Shown here: one piece after another, positions 61,336-64,000 of the stretch
Numbering within the stretch: the stretch's first letter is position 1
How the letters are laid out: every line of letters begins with the position of its first letter
IMG/VR virus record: IMGVR_UViG_3300016486_001479
Strand: one strand, 5' to 3'
Source of the DNA: an uncultured virus (IMG/VR IMGVR_UViG_3300016486_001479)
Taxonomy: Duplodnaviria > Heunggongvirae > Uroviricota > Caudoviricetes
Length of the DNA: 64,000 bases
Position numbers and translations under genes: made by a program
The notes under the pieces: model-generated
What the model was told of the DNA's origin: nothing
Seen by the model: the letters and a program-made list of their open reading frames with translations, nothing else
The model's database searches: none

Positions 61336-61464
61336 GGGGAGTGTTTTATTACACTTACTCTTTCTAGCGTTACCTGCATAGCAGTGTTGAAGAACAGAGT
61401 TACTTCGGTTCAATTTTTTGCTAAACACAAGAATAGATAGGTTCGATTCCTATACTCCCCACCA
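61336..61464 (+). ncRNA. tRNA-scaffolded Y-RNA-like element 4
   Basis: GGGGAGT/ACTCCCC-ACCA, T arm ATAGG-TTCGATT-CCTAT, internal ACTCTTTCTAGCGTTACCTGC-ATA-GCAGTGTTGAAGAACAGAGTTACTTC. Confidence 0.75.
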
Positions 61465-61527
61465 TCTTGCTATGATGGATTGTGACCAAGAGGGGCCACC
61501 CGATGACAATCACAAACAGGGTTTGAC

Positions 61528-62304
61528 GTGCTCCGAAACGGAGATTTGTTTAATGAGATGCCGATACCAGAGCTAATGCGTATGGTTTCTTCTTTTTCAA
61601 TTCAAAACATGCTATCCAGAGACGCATTTAAAGCTAGAATGGACCGAGAGCAACCAATTGCTATCCACGAGCTTTTAGTCCCAATTCTTCAAGGCCATGA
61701 TAGCGTCCATTTGAGGACTGAGATTGAAATTGGAGGTTCAGACCAATTGTTCAACTTCACCATTGCCAGACGAATGCAAGAACTTGATGGCCAGAAGCCG
61801 CAAGTGAGTTTGATGGCTCCAATTATTCGAGGAACAGACGGAAGGAAGATGTTAAAATCATTCGACAACTGTATCTTCCTTGATGGAACCCCAGGAGGCA
61901 CTTTCGGGGCCTGTATGAGCATATCTGACGCTGTAATGGACGAAGAGTTCATTCCACTCCTAACAGACCTAAAAACCTTTCCTGAGAGCCCCGTATTGAG
62001 AAAGAAAGCTATGGCCAAAGATATTGTTCGCCAGATTCACGGCCAAGAGGCTGCAGAGCGGGCTCAATCGGGATTCGAGAACCAGGTTCAGAAGAAAGAA
62101 ATCCCAGCTGTTATTAAAAATATTGAAGCAAAAGACTTGATTCAAGCTGTAGTTGCAGTCAGAGATTGTAGCAACTCAGCAGCAAGAAGATTGATTTCAG
62201 AAGGAGGTGTTCAGGTGGAAGGAGGTGCGGTAACTGAAAACGGCCCAGTAGAGTCGGGTCAGGTTGTCAAAGTTGGCAAAAGAGAATTCGTTAAGATTTT
62301 ATAA
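61528..62304 (+). pseudogene. tyrS: N-terminally truncated tyrosyl-tRNA synthetase
   Basis: PILQGHDS, EIGGSDQLFN, GTDGRKMLKS, S4-like C-terminus; no HIGH motif, in-frame TGA at 61504. Confidence 0.75.
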
Positions 62305-62596
62305 GTATCAACCCCTCTGATTTATTGACCTAATAAGAGCTGTAGAAACACCATTTATTGATTGAATTTGACTCAGAGTTCTTTGGCTTTTAGATTGAAT
62401 ACCAGATATTGGAGCTATTTCTTGACTATCGGTATAATAAACTTTCAATGCACAACCACGACTTGCATTGCAATTGGTGTTCCCACACAGAGAGACTTCT
62501 ATGTCAATCCAAATCTGCCTGGTCACATCTGCCCAGATAGCAGACAGTCGTTGGGGCNNNNNNNNNNNNNNNNNNNNTCAAAACAAAACACATTCA

Positions 62597-62722
62597 ATGT
62601 TCAACTTTACAGACATAGCGATTTCAAACCAACCGATGCCGATGGCAGCGACTGGCTGTGCGCCCGATTATAGCGGGAGCAAGCAGAATGACCTGGTTAT
62701 GTCTAAACTGAACAACAGTTGA
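62597..62722 (+). CDS. putative attenuator leader peptide MFNFTDIAISNQPMPMAATGCAPDYSGSKQNDLVMSKLNNS
   Basis: A-rich start context; overlaps antiterminator strand GAATGACCTGG (62686-62696). Confidence 0.6.
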   Translation: MFNFTDIAISNQPMPMAATGCAPDYSGSKQNDLVMSKLNNS

Positions 62723-62745
62723 TGTAGAGACATAAACCATTAGGG

Positions 62746-62793
62746 AAAACCCCCAGGTCATTCAATCAAACGAATGACCTGGGGGTTTTTTTT
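62746..62793 (+). terminator. attenuator terminator before the Pro/Asp/Ala tRNA operon
   Basis: AAAACCCCCAGGTCATTC/GAATGACCTGGGGG-T8. Confidence 0.85.
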
Positions 62794-62839
62794 GTTTCTG
62801 GACTCAACGGAGCCAGAAGATTAATTGAAATATTAATAT

Positions 62840-62913
62840 CGGGAGGAAGTGCAGTCAGGTAGCACGGGGCATTTGGGATGCTCAGGTCGAGGGTTCAAAT
62901 CCCTCTCTCCCGA
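62840..62913 (+). tRNA. tRNA-Pro(TGG)
   Basis: GGGCA-TT TGG GA-TGCTC cloverleaf. Confidence 0.88.
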
Positions 62914-63066
62914 CACAAAGTGTTAGTTTACAAGAGTTTCTAGTAAATGTCCACACGAGTAGGAGTTTTTGAAAACAATAAGAGTTCTTTGACATATTGA
63001 TAATAAAGTTAATTAAAAAACCCAAGATATTACACCGATGTAATCGTCATAATATCTTGGGAAAAT

Positions 63067-63140
63067 GGTGGCGCATCATATTGGCGCATGTTGCCTCCCT
63101 GTCACGGAGGAGATTGAGGATTCGAATTCCTTCGTCACCG
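63067..63140 (+). tRNA. tRNA-Asp(GTC)
   Basis: CCTCC-CT GTC AC-GGAGG. Confidence 0.85.
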
Positions 63141-63172
63141 CTTTGGTGCATTAAAGTACCACAATTTATTAT

Positions 63173-63291
63173 GGGGAGGAATAATTAATACTTTTTCGCT
63201 TTTTACCTGGCAACAGTGTTGATAGAAAGAGTTACTTCGAAAATTAGTATCATAAACTATAATTGCAGATTAAGACCTGCCCTCCCCACCA
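63173..63291 (+). ncRNA. tRNA-scaffolded Y-RNA-like element 5
   Basis: GGGGAGG/CCTCCCC-ACCA, T-like arm GCAG...CTGC, internal TTACCTG-GCAA-CAGTGTTGATAGAAAGAGTTACTTC. Confidence 0.7.
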
Positions 63292-63301
63292 TATTTAAAA
63301 A

Positions 63302-63372
63302 TTTTCAGTGTTGAAAGAAGAGTTACTTCGTTATAGGAACATAAAATCACTCTTCTTAGAATTACCTGAAAA
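63302..63372 (+). ncRNA. Y-RNA-like element 6 (minimal hairpin)
   Basis: TTTTCAGTGTTGAAAGAAGAGTTACTTC...CACTCTTCTTAGAATTACCTGAAAA. Confidence 0.7.
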
Positions 63373-63375
63373 AAT

Positions 63376-63449
63376 GGTGGCGCATCATATTGGCGCATGT
63401 TGCCTCCCTGTCACGGAGGAGATTGAGGATTCGAATTCCTTCGCTACCG
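63376..63449 (+). tRNA. tRNA-Asp(GTC), near-duplicate of 63067
   Basis: Nearly identical sequence. Confidence 0.85.
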
Positions 63450-63496
63450 CCCTTGGTCATTTACGCTTATGACCTTAATAAACAAAAAAACGACAC

Positions 63497-63572
63497 GGTG
63501 TGGAGGTGTTGATGGTAACATTTGTCCCTGTCACGGATGAGATTGTGGGTTCGACTCCCATGCACACCGCCA
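63497..63572 (+). tRNA. tRNA-Asp(GTC)
   Basis: TGTCC-CT GTC AC-GGATG, GCCA end. Confidence 0.85.
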
Positions 63573-63696
63573 ATTCAATCTTAGGTGCCTTAGGTAGCCG
63601 AGTCGCTTCGTCAGCGAAAAAGGACTCACTGAGATGTAGGCGCATTGAGCGTCGCATTAAAGGCTTGGGGATGACGCCCTGAGATTGATTGTTTAT

Positions 63697-63771
63697 GGGG
63701 TTGAAGCATGTGCTGGCTAATGCATCTGTCTGGCAGACAGAAGACCGTGGGTTCAATTCCCATCTTCTCCA
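63697..63771 (+). tRNA. tRNA-Ala(GGC)
   Basis: TCTGT-CT GGC AG-ACAGA; G3-U70. Confidence 0.8.
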
Positions 63772-63864
63772 CAATAAAAGATTAAAGAAAACAGGATATG
63801 CGACGAGCGTCTGGTGGGTATTCCCCTCATCAGGTTAAGCCGTTGGGGAACATGTCCTGCTAAT

Positions 63865-63939
63865 GGGGATGTAGCTCAATTGGCTGAGCGGCTGCCTTGC
63901 ACGTAGCGTCGTATGTGGGTTCGAGTCCCATCATCTCCA
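63865..63939 (+). tRNA. tRNA-Ala(TGC)
   Basis: GCTGC-CT TGC AC-GTAGC; G3-U70. Confidence 0.9.
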
Positions 63940-64000
63940 CAAATTCCAAAACGGCTCGAATCCGTTGCAGAGAGAAGGCCTCTACTCTGCCCAGTTGTTC

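Noticed and set aside
1..64000. Genome-wide stop-codon reassignment
   Set aside because: Long conserved genes end normally at TAA, TAG or TGA under code 11; only two local in-frame TAAs were found.

Overview
A 64-kb segment of what looks like a large (jumbo/huge) bacteriophage genome, probably infecting a Bacteroidota host. Support: TAnnTTTG promoters, A-rich translation starts without Shine-Dalgarno sequences, dense hypothetical ORFs, tRNA arrays with free-standing GIY-YIG/HNH endonucleases, and a prohead-protease-like ORF. Recognisable proteins: SLT lytic transglycosylase (partial), MscL, M42 peptidase, RadA-like ATPase, ClpC-like ATPase, ClpB, PrsW, Ro60/TROVE, deoxyribonucleotidase, PTH2-like hydrolase, DNA methyltransferases, RfbC, RNA ligase, HD hydrolase, a PspA-like/OmpA-SBP/ABC operon and a truncated TyrRS. 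A compact CRISPR-Cas locus (cas3, cas7fv-like, cas5fv-like, cas6; no cas1/2/8 seen) precedes an interrupted array of 36-nt repeats. The non-coding layer is the most striking part. (1) Leader-peptide attenuators sit in front of two tRNA operons; in the first, the control codons (WSSSRWSSR) match the downstream anticodons codon for codon. (2) Six GTTACTTC-containing Y-RNA-like stems occur, three beside Ro60 and two permuted inside tRNA scaffolds ending in CCA. (3) Two families of ~50-nt mini-tRNAs. (4) UUA-anticodon tRNA(s) lie beside two genes with in-frame TAA. (5) A stand-alone mimic of the 23S rRNA L11-binding domain. (6) An attC-like gene cassette array. The assembly has N gaps and several probable homopolymer indel errors. 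All homology calls come from motif recognition by eye, not database searches.
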